Notes under the pieces: model-generated
What the model saw: the letters and a program-made list of their open reading frames with translations, nothing else
Told to the model about the DNA's origin: nothing
Databases searched by the model: none
Assembly (NCBI GenBank): GCA_965644265.1
Contig: OZ286460.1
Location: 49,104,001-49,168,000, forward strand
DNA: 64,000 nt
From: Glycera tridactyla
Taxonomy: Eukaryota
Direction of reading: 5' to 3'
Shown: piece by piece, positions 30,678 to 42,560 of the stretch
How positions within the stretch are numbered: position 1 is the stretch's first letter
Layout: the number at the start of each line of letters is the position of its first letter
Program-made: the position numbers and the translations under genes

Positions 30678-33554
30678 ATGCTGGAGGAAGGAGCAGCATG
30701 CCGGGGGCAATCCCCTACTCTTCTCTTACACGGTGTCGTGTCATGGAGGAGTGAAGACGTGTTACGCGGTGGGAGAAGAATAGTGGCCACAATGTCGACA
30801 AAAACCCTCGTACCGGATGCAGACCAACCCAAAATAATCGGTTACACTGTCAAGACTTCGGACGTGCCTACAGACAACTCGATTCGGGAAGGGAAGATGG
30901 CAAAAAATGGTAATATCGTTTCTGATTTGAAGACTTCGAGCGATGTTGGGGGGCCTGCCGGCAGTCACTCAAAACATTCATTAACCGGCACAGGGGGTGC
31001 TCTTTCTTGTAATGATGTGTCGACTTATGAACGCAATCAAGATCCAATGCTATTGAAGAGTGTCTCTGCTGCACTCAAGGATTTCAGGAAGAACCCTCCC
31101 CCAATGCCTCCCTCGTTGTGCTTGCCTGGTTCACCAAACTCTCTGCCCTCGCCACATACATCACGGTCGACTGAACATAGACTTCTCCGTGTACTTCTCC
31201 GTGTACCTCCCTCCGTAGCAATTAGGAAACTAGCCATGTCCAGCGGACCTGCTCGTGGCAAATTTAGTCCCATATATGCCGATCATCTGCCAGATGATCA
31301 TGATGAGTACAGGCGCTCCAAATCATGTGATCGACTCGATAGCTGTAATACAGTGGCTGCATCAGCATCTGGCCCGCCTCCCAAAAGGCATTTTACCTCG
31401 ACTGTCACCTCTGACCTACTTAATACAGCCCAGCGTTGTCTTAACACTGTTGATAGCTGCAGATCATCCTCAGGCACTGATATTCAAAATATGACGCGAG
31501 AAATCCAGGCCACAGGTGGCTATGACACACATCTGAAATACAGCTCATTAAATGACCTTAGAGAAAAGTCAGATCCTTCAAGATGTGATAACCCGAGCGG
31601 TAACTCGAGTAGCAATGGTGAAATACCTCCCATACCTACCATAACAGTAGTCTCACCGGATAGCTCTATCTCAGTGACAAACACACAAGCGAGTGGATCT
31701 GACCTTGACGATAGTTGCACTGACAACGGCACTGGCTGTGGCACAATCAGTGACCAGAAATATGATGATGAAGCGGGTGTGGAGCATGATGATGTAGTCG
31801 ACCACCCTTCGTGTCCAAATAACGGTAAAACGTCAATTACCTACACACCTTCTCATGCACCTTCTCATACCCACTCTCATACACCCTCTGGTAGGAAAAG
31901 GCGTCAAACCAGTGAACCTGATGACAAAACCACTCATAAGCAGCGAGTACACTCGCCTGATCCAGCCAATAAAATAATCATTGACACTGAAATGCCTGAA
32001 GAAGCCCAACTCTCAGATTCTCAGGATAGAATTGACAGTGCCCAACGTAGTCGTAATTCTCTTGAATCGCCCTCTAGTCAGCATGATAGTCAGTATGATA
32101 GTCAATTTGACAATCATTATACTTCCACATTGAGTGGGAAACCTCCATCGTCCAGTGGCACTCCCTCTTCTGCTTTGCATAGACAGCATGATAGTCATCT
32201 CCCATCTCAGTATACCTCTCTGCTGAACATGACGGCACTACCCCCCAGAGATGCCCTCATATCGAGACAAGTTTTGGAATACCAGCATGCTCACACTCAA
32301 ACAAACACTTCAGTTAATATGCAAAACCTGATAACACAAGATCAGCTTCAGGTCTCGCTTAAAAAAATGGAGCTATCTCTTTGGGACTCCATAGTGGAAA
32401 AACTTCCGGAAATGGTAAACCTATGCTCAGCAGAAAAGTTTGACGATATCTTGACTGATATAACCAACTTGTCATCCAGAAGTCGAGCAGATTTGCTTGA
32501 TCTTGAAGGTCGTCTTCTTTCCGAGATAACTGGACTGAAGGAAGAAACGAAGTTTCTCTTGGCAAATAATAGCAAGCTTGAAAGGCTCATCAATCAAAAC
32601 ACTATATTAATTAATGATGTTAAAAAAACGCTCTCTGACATGAAACGTGATATTACAGATGCGATAGACCTATCAATGAAACAGGACGTGGCCAAAATGA
32701 TGAATGACCTCAAAAATACTCACCCAAATACCGATTCAGTTGAAAAACTGGAAGATGAATTCAAAGCACTCACTGATAAGCTCTTATTAGCTGAGGCACA
32801 ACTAACAAAAATGGGTATGCGCTTGGAGAATGTTGAACTGGACGAAAGACAGAATATTGTGATTATTGAGGGAATGCTAATCAAACCAGAAGAAAATCTC
32901 CATGACACGGTAGTTCTTCGCCTAAATGAACTTTTCGATTCTGACCTGAAACACGAAGACATCACGGCCTGTCAATTTTTTGGGCGTCCATCACCTGACG
33001 GCTCACGCCCGAGAGCAATTCTTGTCAAGTTCAGCACCTTGGAGATAAAACGATGGATAATGAGACAAAAAGGTCTACTCCGTACACGTGCCAAGCATAT
33101 CTACTTAAATGAGCACTTGACTGCGAATAATAATAACTTGTATTATATGACACGCAAAGCATGTAAAGACCGGCTCTATTATCACACTTGGACCGACTCT
33201 GGGAGAGTCTGGGCGACAAAGACAAGAGATGCCGTACCAACTTGGATCCGGGACCCGGTCAAACTCAAGCAAGAGCTTGAAGAAATTGCCCGACGACCGA
33301 GTGAGAACGATGCTAAACATGAGCACCCTGAGGCGATGGATTCCAATCCCACAAGAGATATGTCACGCTCACCTCAGGGACCGCGGTCAGCGCAAATTCG
33401 AAGAGACCCCACCCCACAACAGCCAGGTGACGGTTATGCTGCCATAGAGCAGCCAAGTGGAACAAAAGCGGCGAGAGCGACAGTACAAACGGCAAACACG
33501 TACCGACCTCCACGAAGACAAATCCACCGTGGACAGCTCGACGTGACTCACTGA
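30678..33554 (+). CDS. LINE ORF1: long disordered N-terminus, coiled coil, L1-type RRM + CTD
   Basis: Heptad-rich region, then NIVIIEGMLIKPEENL...RPRAILVKF...IYLNEHLT...YHTWTDSGRVW. An RGG-rich continuation in another frame ends at TAA 33791-33793. Confidence 0.85.
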   Translation: MLEEGAACRGQSPTLLLHGVVSWRSEDVLRGGRRIVATMSTKTLVPDADQPKIIGYTVKTSDVPTDNSIREGKMAKNGNIVSDLKTSSDVGGPAGSHSKHSLTGTGGALSCNDVSTYERNQDPMLLKSVSAALKDFRKNPPPMPPSLCLPGSPNSLPSPHTSRSTEHRLLRVLLRVPPSVAIRKLAMSSGPARGKFSPIYADHLPDDHDEYRRSKSCDRLDSCNTVAASASGPPPKRHFTSTVTSDLLNTAQRCLNTVDSCRSSSGTDIQNMTREIQATGGYDTHLKYSSLNDLREKSDPSRCDNPSGNSSSNGEIPPIPTITVVSPDSSISVTNTQASGSDLDDSCTDNGTGCGTISDQKYDDEAGVEHDDVVDHPSCPNNGKTSITYTPSHAPSHTHSHTPSGRKRRQTSEPDDKTTHKQRVHSPDPANKIIIDTEMPEEAQLSDSQDRIDSAQRSRNSLESPSSQHDSQYDSQFDNHYTSTLSGKPPSSSGTPSSALHRQHDSHLPSQYTSLLNMTALPPRDALISRQVLEYQHAHTQTNTSVNMQNLITQDQLQVSLKKMELSLWDSIVEKLPEMVNLCSAEKFDDILTDITNLSSRSRADLLDLEGRLLSEITGLKEETKFLLANNSKLERLINQNTILINDVKKTLSDMKRDITDAIDLSMKQDVAKMMNDLKNTHPNTDSVEKLEDEFKALTDKLLLAEAQLTKMGMRLENVELDERQNIVIIEGMLIKPEENLHDTVVLRLNELFDSDLKHEDITACQFFGRPSPDGSRPRAILVKFSTLEIKRWIMRQKGLLRTRAKHIYLNEHLTANNNNLYYMTRKACKDRLYYHTWTDSGRVWATKTRDAVPTWIRDPVKLKQELEEIARRPSENDAKHEHPEAMDSNPTRDMSRSPQGPRSAQIRRDPTPQQPGDGYAAIEQPSGTKAARATVQTANTYRPPRRQIHRGQLDVTH

Positions 33555-33782
33555 ACGAGAAGCTTTTAAAGTATGCGCACGGAAACCCTGGCAGTCACGT
33601 ATCTGAAGGTGAGCTAAACACTGCTGGACAGACTCGTGCAGGTGGAAGGGGTCGGCACACAAACTGGCGAGGACGTGGTCATGGTAAACCTGGTCAAAAT
33701 AGTACCAAACCGCCAGGCAACCGCCCGTGGACCGGCCCAGTGGAACCGAATAGTTATAATCTTGCATACCCAATTGCGAACA

Positions 33783-34638
33783 ATGGCCGCTAATCAGTAC
33801 ATTCCGATTTATGACATTCACCGATACCCACTTGAACATCATCAGATCACCGTTTATGATGCTGATGTGAAGCAAGCTGAGGTTCAGTTAAACCCGTTCA
33901 ATGAACGCACCAGGAGATCGTCTGCCGAGATTGCCTACCGTGTCCATGGCTCTCCATCCACCCTATTTATTGGAAGCTCGCACATCTGCCATCTGGAGAA
34001 AGCTACACGTAAAAAGCGTATCCCTGAACACCTTAGACGCATGCTGGAAGGGAGTTACTATATGGGATTCAGTGGCATGACCTTTGCTTGTGCACTTGAT
34101 TACATGGCTGGTGATTACGAAACTGAAATGAAATTGCTTGAATATGGTCAACCGTGGAACATATATGACGTGACTAAACATGGGCCCAAATACGTAGTGG
34201 TTATACTGGGCGGCAATGATGTTGACAATTTCGATAGACACATACGCCACTTAAAACGTATGTATAGTGGCACAGCTTTTTCAATCCGCGCTGAACATGC
34301 ACTAGAAGACTGGGCTAGTGATCTTCAGCTACTCCCGGAAACTTGCATCACAAATCAACTACTATATTGGTCGATCGTTGCATAAGGAATACCGAGTCAA
34401 GTCCTGTGTCAGTGCCAGTCTCTACTATGACTATAACAATCAGAATATTAACACATCTGCCAGTGATATAGTGAGAGGCTTCTTGAGTCCTGAGGGTGTT
34501 CACCTGAATAACTCTGGATACACCGCATTAGCCAGGGATACTATCTACAGGATCCTTGAGGCATATAACAGGGAGATGAGGATTGCCACAAAAAAGCGTA
34601 AACTGGAACAGTCATCACACTGCAAGCGTAGTAAGTGA
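33783..34638 (+). CDS. SGNH/GDSL esterase-like ORF (one frameshift near 34330-34380)
   Basis: Blocks FIGSS, FSGM, ILGGND and SPEGVHLN...GY in the expected order; the ATG at 33783 overlaps the stop of the RGG frame. Confidence 0.8.
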
Positions 34639-34849
34639 GGTTCTCTGAGATGTGCCATCCACTGAGCACTCTACTTTTATGCACATTTAACTCTCATGTT
34701 GTGTGCCTAGTCTGGTTTCGCACATATCGTCAGATGTTTTCGATCATCGACAATGTGGCATTTACTTTCATGCAGTGTGTTTACTCACCTAGCTTGGTTT
34801 CGCACACATCGGCTGATATGTGTTCGTGGCTTATCTGCAATCTGATAAT

Positions 34850-36910
34850 ACCTGATGTGGCGTCCCTAGATTGGCCTCGCACATTCTCTCATATTCTGCC
34901 AGTTACATGACTTGCATGTATCACGAAGCATCAGAAATCGCTGCCCAATATGAGTTGTTATCGTCAAATACACAGTTGCCCTGTATTGGCTGATGTGATG
35001 TGATGTGCTTGGGAGGTTTTGTACATGTCACTTGATATTATGGCTCATCAGCAATTGATGTGGAGTGCCTAGATTGGCTTCGAACATTCTCAAACACTCT
35101 GCCAGCTAAATGATGTGCCAGTATTATCAGGTGTCAATTGCCAGTGACCAAAATGTGCTATTGTCACCAGGAATTCTGCCAGTATTATCAAGAGCCGCTT
35201 GCCAGTGACTTAAAAATGCTATAGTTACCAAACACACAGTTTTAGTAATGACTGACGTGATGTGTGGTGCTGGTTTGTGCAAATATCATCAGATTCTACA
35301 GATCATCAGCGCGTGGTGACTACCCCATGTTGAGTGCCTATATTGGCCCTACACATTCCCACACACTGTGTCAGCTATATGATGTGCCAGAATTATCAAG
35401 TGCAAATTGGCAGCGACTGGAATGTGCTATTGTCACCGAAATACAGTAGTTTAGTATTGACTGACGTGATGTGTTGTGCCTTGTTCTTGCGAATATCATC
35501 TGACTTCACAGTTCATCTGCGCATGGTGACTACCGCATGTGGCGTGCCTAGATTGGCCTCGCTCCTTCCCACATACACTGTGGCAGCAACAATACATGCC
35601 AGCTTTATTTGGTGTCAATTATCAGTGACCGAAATGTGCTGTTATCACCAAAATGAAATTGTATAGTATAACTGGTGACTACCGCATGTGGCGTGCCTAG
35701 ATTAGCCTTGCTCTTTCCCACATACACTGTGGCAGCAACAATATATGCCAGCTTTATTTGGTGTCAATTATCAGTGACCAAAATGTGCTGTTGTCACCGA
35801 AATGAAATTGTATAGTATAACTGACGTGACGTGTTGTGCCTTGTTTTTGAAATACTATCGGATTTTACAGGTCATCTGAGCGTGGTGACTACTGCATGTG
35901 GCGTGTCTAGATTGGCCTCGCTCTTTCACACATACCCTGTGGCACCAAAATTATATGCCAGCTTTATTTGATGTCAATTATCAGTGACCGAAATGTGCTG
36001 TTGTCACCGAAATGAAATTGTATAGTATAACTGACGTGACGTGTTGTGCCTTGTTTTTGCAATACCATCGGATCTTACATATCATCTGAGAGTGGTGACT
36101 ACCCCATGTGGCGTGCCTAGATTGGCCTCGCACATTCTTACTCACTGTGACAGCTACATGATGTGCCAGTTTTGGTGTCAATTGTCGGTGACCGAAATGT
36201 GCTTTGTCACCGAAATACAGCTGCTTAGTATTGACTGACGTGGTATGGTGTGCCCTGTTCTTGCAAATATCATCTGACTTCACACCTCATCTGCGCGTGG
36301 TGACTACCTCATGTGGCGTGCCTAGATTGGCCTCGCACTTTCCAACATACACTGTGCCAGCAACTACATGTGCCAGCTTTATTTGGGGTCAATTATCAGT
36401 GACCGAAATGTGCTGTTGTCACAAAATATAACTGTTTAGTATAACTGACGTGACGTGTTGTGCCTTGTTTTTTCTGCTGAATGATGCCACTGCCCGGCGA
36501 GATTGGAATATGGGTGCAGCGTGCCTAGATTGGCTTCGCGCGCTTTCTACTTTCACGTCCGGCGTACCGGTCGCTCCATACACGTGTACCCTTCGCATAT
36601 GATTTGTCAACCCCTTGAACTGATATCTGTATAAGTACTGCCCTGGGCGTGGCACTCACACGCTGGTACACAAACGAGGTGGTGCTTTAGTCATGGTGTC
36701 AGACGTTACTTGATTTAAACCCTCTGGTGTGGCGTGCCTTGATTGGCTTCGCGCACATTTTCGTAGACTTTCTGTTCACCATACATCTTTGTCATCGTAT
36801 TACTTGCTACCTGGTACTCTTGGGGCCCATCCTGTGAGGCATGCTCATATTAGCTTGGCGTACTAGATTTTTATCTACTTGTGTGTCGTGCTTAAATTAG
36901 CTTCGCGCTT
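34850..36910. repeat. ~210-bp tandem array, ~10 degenerate units
   Basis: gtgactac.ccatgtggcgtgcctagattggcctcgc recurs at 35316, 35526, 35675, 35885, 36095 and 36300, with looser copies at ~34860, 35060, 36520, 36730 and 36885. Confidence 0.9.
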
Positions 36911-37668
36911 TTTCATTTACATTTTCATTTTCATTTTTTATTCTCATTTTCTCATTGTCTGAATTACTCATCTTTTACCTGCTTTTGATGATATCACTCT
37001 GCCAACTGATGTCGCGGCCAGGCAACCTGACTCTCCTGTATCGCATGTCTATATAGGCTGTGCTCTCTCTACGTTCATAGTCTCACTGAAATTCTACTCC
37101 AGAACCCTTCACACTATATTTTCAACGTGAATGCAGACTATTGCTTAATTATGTGATTTCTCTTATTGATCAAACAGAACCTAATTCACTTGTCTCACAT
37201 GTAACTGAGTCGTCTGACTTTGTCAAAAAGAACAGAGGCTGTGTAGTATGAGCTATATTGTTTGACTCGGATCTTAGTGTTGTGTACCTGTAGGCATTGT
37301 TATCTCTAATAGCTTGTCTATTGGTCTAGGAAACTATCTCAAATTTAAAATGCTGCTATACTTAGCAAGAGACTAAGACCTGTCTGTTTGTCCTAAAGTC
37401 CTTGCTTAGCATTCTGTAGGATCTGTATGAACGATCCTGTTGTCTGAAATTTCTGCATTGTTACTTGGTCCCCCTACGTGGCCACAACCCACCTACACTT
37501 TCAATTATAAAAACCAGCGGTATAAAACCCACCTAGAACGTGACTTGCTATCGTCGATTTTCCTTATATACTTGTGTATATAACCAAATTTTAATTAAGC
37601 TTAAGGCCCCCGTTGGGGTCTTCTATGATATCACTATACATCTTTGATGTATCTTCTGCGACTATCTT

Positions 37669-40586
37669 ATGCATCTCTACAATCCTATTAATGGTGATCA
37701 TCATGCTCCTTTATGTTCTGCTATTGCAACCCTTAATAATCAATGTAAGATGGGTTTTGCTGCTCTCAATGTTAGAAGCCATATACGCAAACAAGACGAA
37801 ATAGCTGTATTGCTTGACAGAAGCAATTTAGAATTTCTTGTCCTTATCGAAACATTTCTGAATAATTCTATTTTAACATCTGAACTCCAAGTAGACGGAT
37901 ATAATATCTGGAGATCGGACAGAACTCATGCATCTGGTAAGACTTCAGGGGGTGGTATCTTGATATATAGTAATTCTGCTAGGTCCGTAGTTGATATTCA
38001 GGACGGCAGCCACTGCACACCACATCTTGAGATGCTATGGATTAAATTAAACTTACCCTCAACTAGACCTACCTTCATAGGTGCTGTGTATAGGCCTCCT
38101 TCTGGAAACTTGATAAATGGCCTAGATGAGTTAGGAAATGCTATTAGTATTATCGTTGGAGACACCTATGCTGATGTCCTGGTACTTGGTGACATGAATG
38201 TTAATACTTTGATTAACAACTCAGATAACAGGAGATACCAGCAATTTTTGAACAAATATCACCTTACCAACCTGATCGCTGTACCCACTCGTGTTGCTGG
38301 TCATAGTAGTACTTGTCTTGACCATATACTTGTAAATAATAAGCACCAATTTTCATGCTCTGGTATTTGTGATCCTGGTCTTAGCGACCACTGTCTTACC
38401 TATACATACCGCCAACGAGAAAAAATATCCAAGAGCAAGGAACGGATAACTTTTCGCAGCTACCGTAATTTTAATCATGAGAATTTTCAGTATGATATTG
38501 ACTCTCTACATTTTTGTCCTGAATCATACTCGGATATCAATGCTGGTGTGACTGCCTTGAACAGAGAACTTTCAACTTTAATTAACAAACATATTTCGTG
38601 GGTAACCAAGCCAAGGAGAATCATAAATGCTAAGTGGGCCACGGAGACCTATCTCTCATTGCTTGATGCTCGTGCCTTTTGGACCATCAAATATAAAAGG
38701 AACCCTAATCAGTATCATCTTGAACAGAAGCTCAAGTATGTGAGAGACTGTAACTCACTCAAAAACAACTTAAAAAAGGATTTTTTCAGAAAGAAAATCG
38801 AGGAAACAAATGGTGATCCAAAAAAGCTTTGGCGAGTGATAAGATCTTTTTGGCCGGATGATAGTAAATCGAGCCAATTACCTGCTCAAATCGGCGGTTT
38901 CACGAGCAATAATGATATCGCAACTTGTCTGAATGCCCACTTTTCGTCTATTGGGGCAAAGCTGGCCTCACAGATACAGCCGCCCGATACTACATACGAA
39001 AGCTACCTAACTCATCTACCTCCTGTTTTCGAATTATGTAATATTGATATGGTTTCTCTTGAAGATGCTATCTCTAGACTCAGTCAATCGAATGCCTCAG
39101 GGAGTGATGGAATCACAAATAGAATTATCAAGGCCGGTGGCCTACCTTTGAAGAAGATCATTTTATGCTTTGTTAACATTGGTATTGAGAGGCGTACCTT
39201 TCCAAATAGCTGGAAAGAGGCCAAAGTAACGAGTCTTTACAAAAGTGGCCCTATGTCCGTTGTTGACAACTATCGTCCAATTTCTGTCCTGCCCGCTCTT
39301 AGTAAAATTATGGAGCGAGTAGTTCACACACAGTGCTACGCATATATCGAACGGATAGGGTTGTTGTCGAAGGCACAGTCAGGTTTCAGGAAGTGCCACT
39401 CCACGGTGTCTTGTCTCGTTGATTTCTGTGACACTATATATGAGGCAATGGAATGTGGTGACGTGTGTGGAGTGGTCTTCCTGGACCTGACAAAGGCCTT
39501 TGACACTGTAGATCACTCTATTCTCCTGGAGAAACTGAGGTACCTTGGATTTAAGACCTCAGCAGTGAACTGGTTCCGTTCATATCTCAGTAGCAGAGTG
39601 CAATGCACAAAATTTGGTGATGCCATATCCCCACAATTGAATGTCTCTTTTGGAGTGCCTCAAGGTTCGATCCTTGGGCCTCTGCTGTTTGTATTGTATC
39701 TCAACGATATTGCATCCCTATCTTCTGACACCCAAATATATATGTATGCGGACGACACTGCCATTCTGGCCAGAGGTGCGGATGAGTCCGCCATCAAGCG
39801 TAAACTTCAATATGACATGACACGTATGGAAATTTGGTTTAGAGCAAATCGTCTCACGCTTAACCAATCGAAATCGAAATTCATGCTTTTTGGCACCCGT
39901 CCAAAATTGAACCAATGCACTACAAATACTACAAGTTTCATGGGCTTCGAAAGAGTTAATACCTACAAATATTTGGGTGTTAAGTTGGATAGTCATTTAT
40001 CTTTCAGTATCCATGTAAATTCTATTGTATCTAAGATTAAGAGTAGGACTGCACTTCTATGGAGGACGCGTAGCTTCATTGACAAGGACCTTGCTCTTTA
40101 TTTGGTAAAAAGCCTGATGACTATGCTGATGTTTTGTTACTGGGTCTCAACCAGGACTTACAGAACCAGTTGAAAGTGTCCTTCAATAATGCCCTGAGAG
40201 CAGCTCTTAGGAGGGATCCACGAACAGCGACAGCTGATCTGCTACACGAGGCAAATCTAATGTCGCTTGTTTCTCGTAGGAAATGTCATGCCCTGAGTGA
40301 ATTTCATAAGATTAGGCAGGGTGTTTGTTCTATCAGACTGAGGGAATTATATGATAACAAATTTAACACTACGCGAGTGCCTAGTCATAACACGCGCAGT
40401 GTTGCTAGGGGAGCACTTCAGACCCCTAGACTTAAACTTAGAATAACTGAGAGCAAATATTATGTCCAGGCTGCTCGCTTATGGAACGCCCTACCCGAAA
40501 ACATCACTGCAATTAATGATATCTCTTCCTTTAAAATTTGCCTCAAGGCACATTTATTTGGAACTGAAGTGCATGCCTGCTCTTGA
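37669..40586 (+). CDS. LINE copy 3 ORF2: APE endonuclease + RT, one frameshift near 40115-40135
   Basis: LNVRS, LIETFL, GDMNVN, CLDHI, LSDH; NYRPISVLP, FLDLTKAFD, GVPQGSILGPLLF, YADDT, YLGV; the C-terminal segment AARLWNALP is in the next frame. Confidence 0.92.
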
Positions 40587-41196
40587 AAAAAAGATACTGC
40601 CCTGAAGAGCTGCCCACTCGGCTCTACCCACTGTGTATATGTTTTTTTCGAGGAGAAAAATCTATGAAATTTTGACATTGTGATAAGTGGGCCTTGCCAT
40701 CTTTGAAATGATTGGAGTCGAGTTGCTGCTGGAGGTACCATGTCAGCGTCAATTGTCACGTATATGCTGTCATCAATACTCGATATATCTCTCCCATGTG
40801 GCTCACATGTGTGCTGCCCTTGGTGTTTTGACCTCATTGCGGTGATTGCTGTGAATAGAGCTTCTTAAATGACGTGACACATATTACATCCCTGCTATTA
40901 GATGTTTTGCTTTTGAGCAAGCCGTTTAATCTGGATCATACTTTGTGACCAAGTTTCTAATTGTGGCAAATACCTTCTTGTGATATGAAGTAGTTGCATT
41001 CCCTAGTGGCTGCAGAACGGAATGGATACTGTGTGATGATCATACTTAGAATATGTTACCTGATTTGATGTGTATATATATGTACACATTTATATATGAT
41101 GATATGTCGCTCGCTATGTAAGGTCAATATATTGCTTTTGGTAATTGGGCTCTTAAGGGACCAATATAATCACTGTGATTGTCCTGTCCAGAGCAA

Positions 41197-41236
41197 AATA
41201 AAGTGTTTTTCAATTCAATTCAATTCAATTCAATTC
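41197..41236 (+). terminator. LINE 3' end: AATAAA and (TTCAA)n tail
   Basis: aaataaagtgtttttcaattcaattcaattcaattcaattc. Confidence 0.85.
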
Positions 41237-41974
41237 TCGAATAACAACAGTGGATCTTTTACGTTTGTTGGCGTGGACCCTCCCACACACGATTAGCTTT
41301 TGACTTCCAGTCGGCATGCACTGGGTGAAGTGGGGTAACTTGGGTGATCTATTGCGGATGTAATGTAAATGGTTGCGTTTCTAAACATACAATGGGGGAT
41401 TACCGGATTGCCCACACAATTGTTCCAACCCATGTAGAAGTGGGGCTAGGGGCGTTGAAATCAAGCAGCTGCTTGTTGATACTTGTTGATACCCCATTCG
41501 GATATCACAAAATGCACTTGAAAGATGGAACCAGTCTATTGCATGTATGCGTCACCATCACATGCAGGTCTGCTCCAAGGACACCCATTCAACCCAATGA
41601 TATGTATCCCATTCATTCACATTCACATCTATCGTGATAGTCATCGGCCATGTCAACGAGCACCCCACTAGCGATGCTCTTGTGTTCGGATTCAACTTAA
41701 AACTGTTGATGGATGACAGAGATCTCGGCGATAATCTGATCAGAAAATTAGGATATTTCCATAGATATTGTATGTGCATGGAGTAACGCTACACTGCAAA
41801 TCACATCTTCGAACCGAATGAGTCACATCCCAGCATCAGGAAATAAGGAAAGAGATCATTTGCTAGTGGATGATCTGTACGTAACGGAAATTCATAACAT
41901 TCCGAAACATGGAAACAGATGAAGATGGAATTCAAACGTGATCACCGATTATAGGATCCCTCATAACATTCTAA

Positions 41975-42560
41975 TCTGGTGTTAGTGGTGATGGTGGTGC
42001 TGATAATACTGCAGTCTCTCTCCTGGAGATAGTGACTGTGGCTGTGGTAGTAGTTTGTAGTTTTGGGGGTGTCTGGGTACAAGTGCTGGTAGTGATTGGG
42101 ACGCTGATGGTAGTGGTTGAGGCGCGTTCAAGAGTGAAGTGATGTGGTTGGGATGCTGGTTAGTAGTAATAAAGATGATGCAGGTGGTTATTGTGAGTAT
42201 GGTGGTGATGGTGGTTGAGGGAATGTTAGAGGTGATGATGACAAAAGTGGTGGTAGTAAATATCGTCATGATGGTGATATTGGTGGCTATGGTGATGCTC
42301 TTGGTGGCTGGTGGTGGTGTTGGAGGTGATGGTGATGAGAGTGGTGATGTTGTTACTAGGAATGATAGCTGCTGGTGGTGAACGCTGCCGATGATGAATC
42401 AGTGGATAGGTGTGATGATAGTGATGGTGGTGGGGTAGGTGGTGATGGTGATTGTTGCTAGTGATAATTTCGTTGGTGGTGCATCTGGTGCTAGTGGTGA
42501 TGGAGTTGGTTTTCTTGGTGGTCACTGCTGATGAGATATCACTGGTGTAAGAGGTGATGT
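41975..42560. repeat. Degenerate (GGT/GAT)n trinucleotide low-complexity tract
   Basis: Runs of gtggtgatg variants produce spurious His/Thr-rich and Val/Met-rich ORFs. Confidence 0.8.

Larger units (their letters stand above)
30678..41236 (+). mobile_element. Probable full-length CR1-group LINE (copy 3), ~10.5 kb, three coding regions
   Basis: ORF1 (RRM type), an SGNH esterase ORF, a ~3-kb non-coding spacer, EN-RT ORF2, and AATAAA plus (TTCAA)n tail are all on the plus strand. No TSD was found, so linkage of the 5' ORFs to ORF2 is inferred. Confidence 0.6.

Noticed and set aside
34850-36910. Hammerhead/retrozyme array in the 210-bp repeats
   Set aside because: Units contain CTGACGTGA rather than CTGANGA, and no stem II-GAAA arrangement was found.
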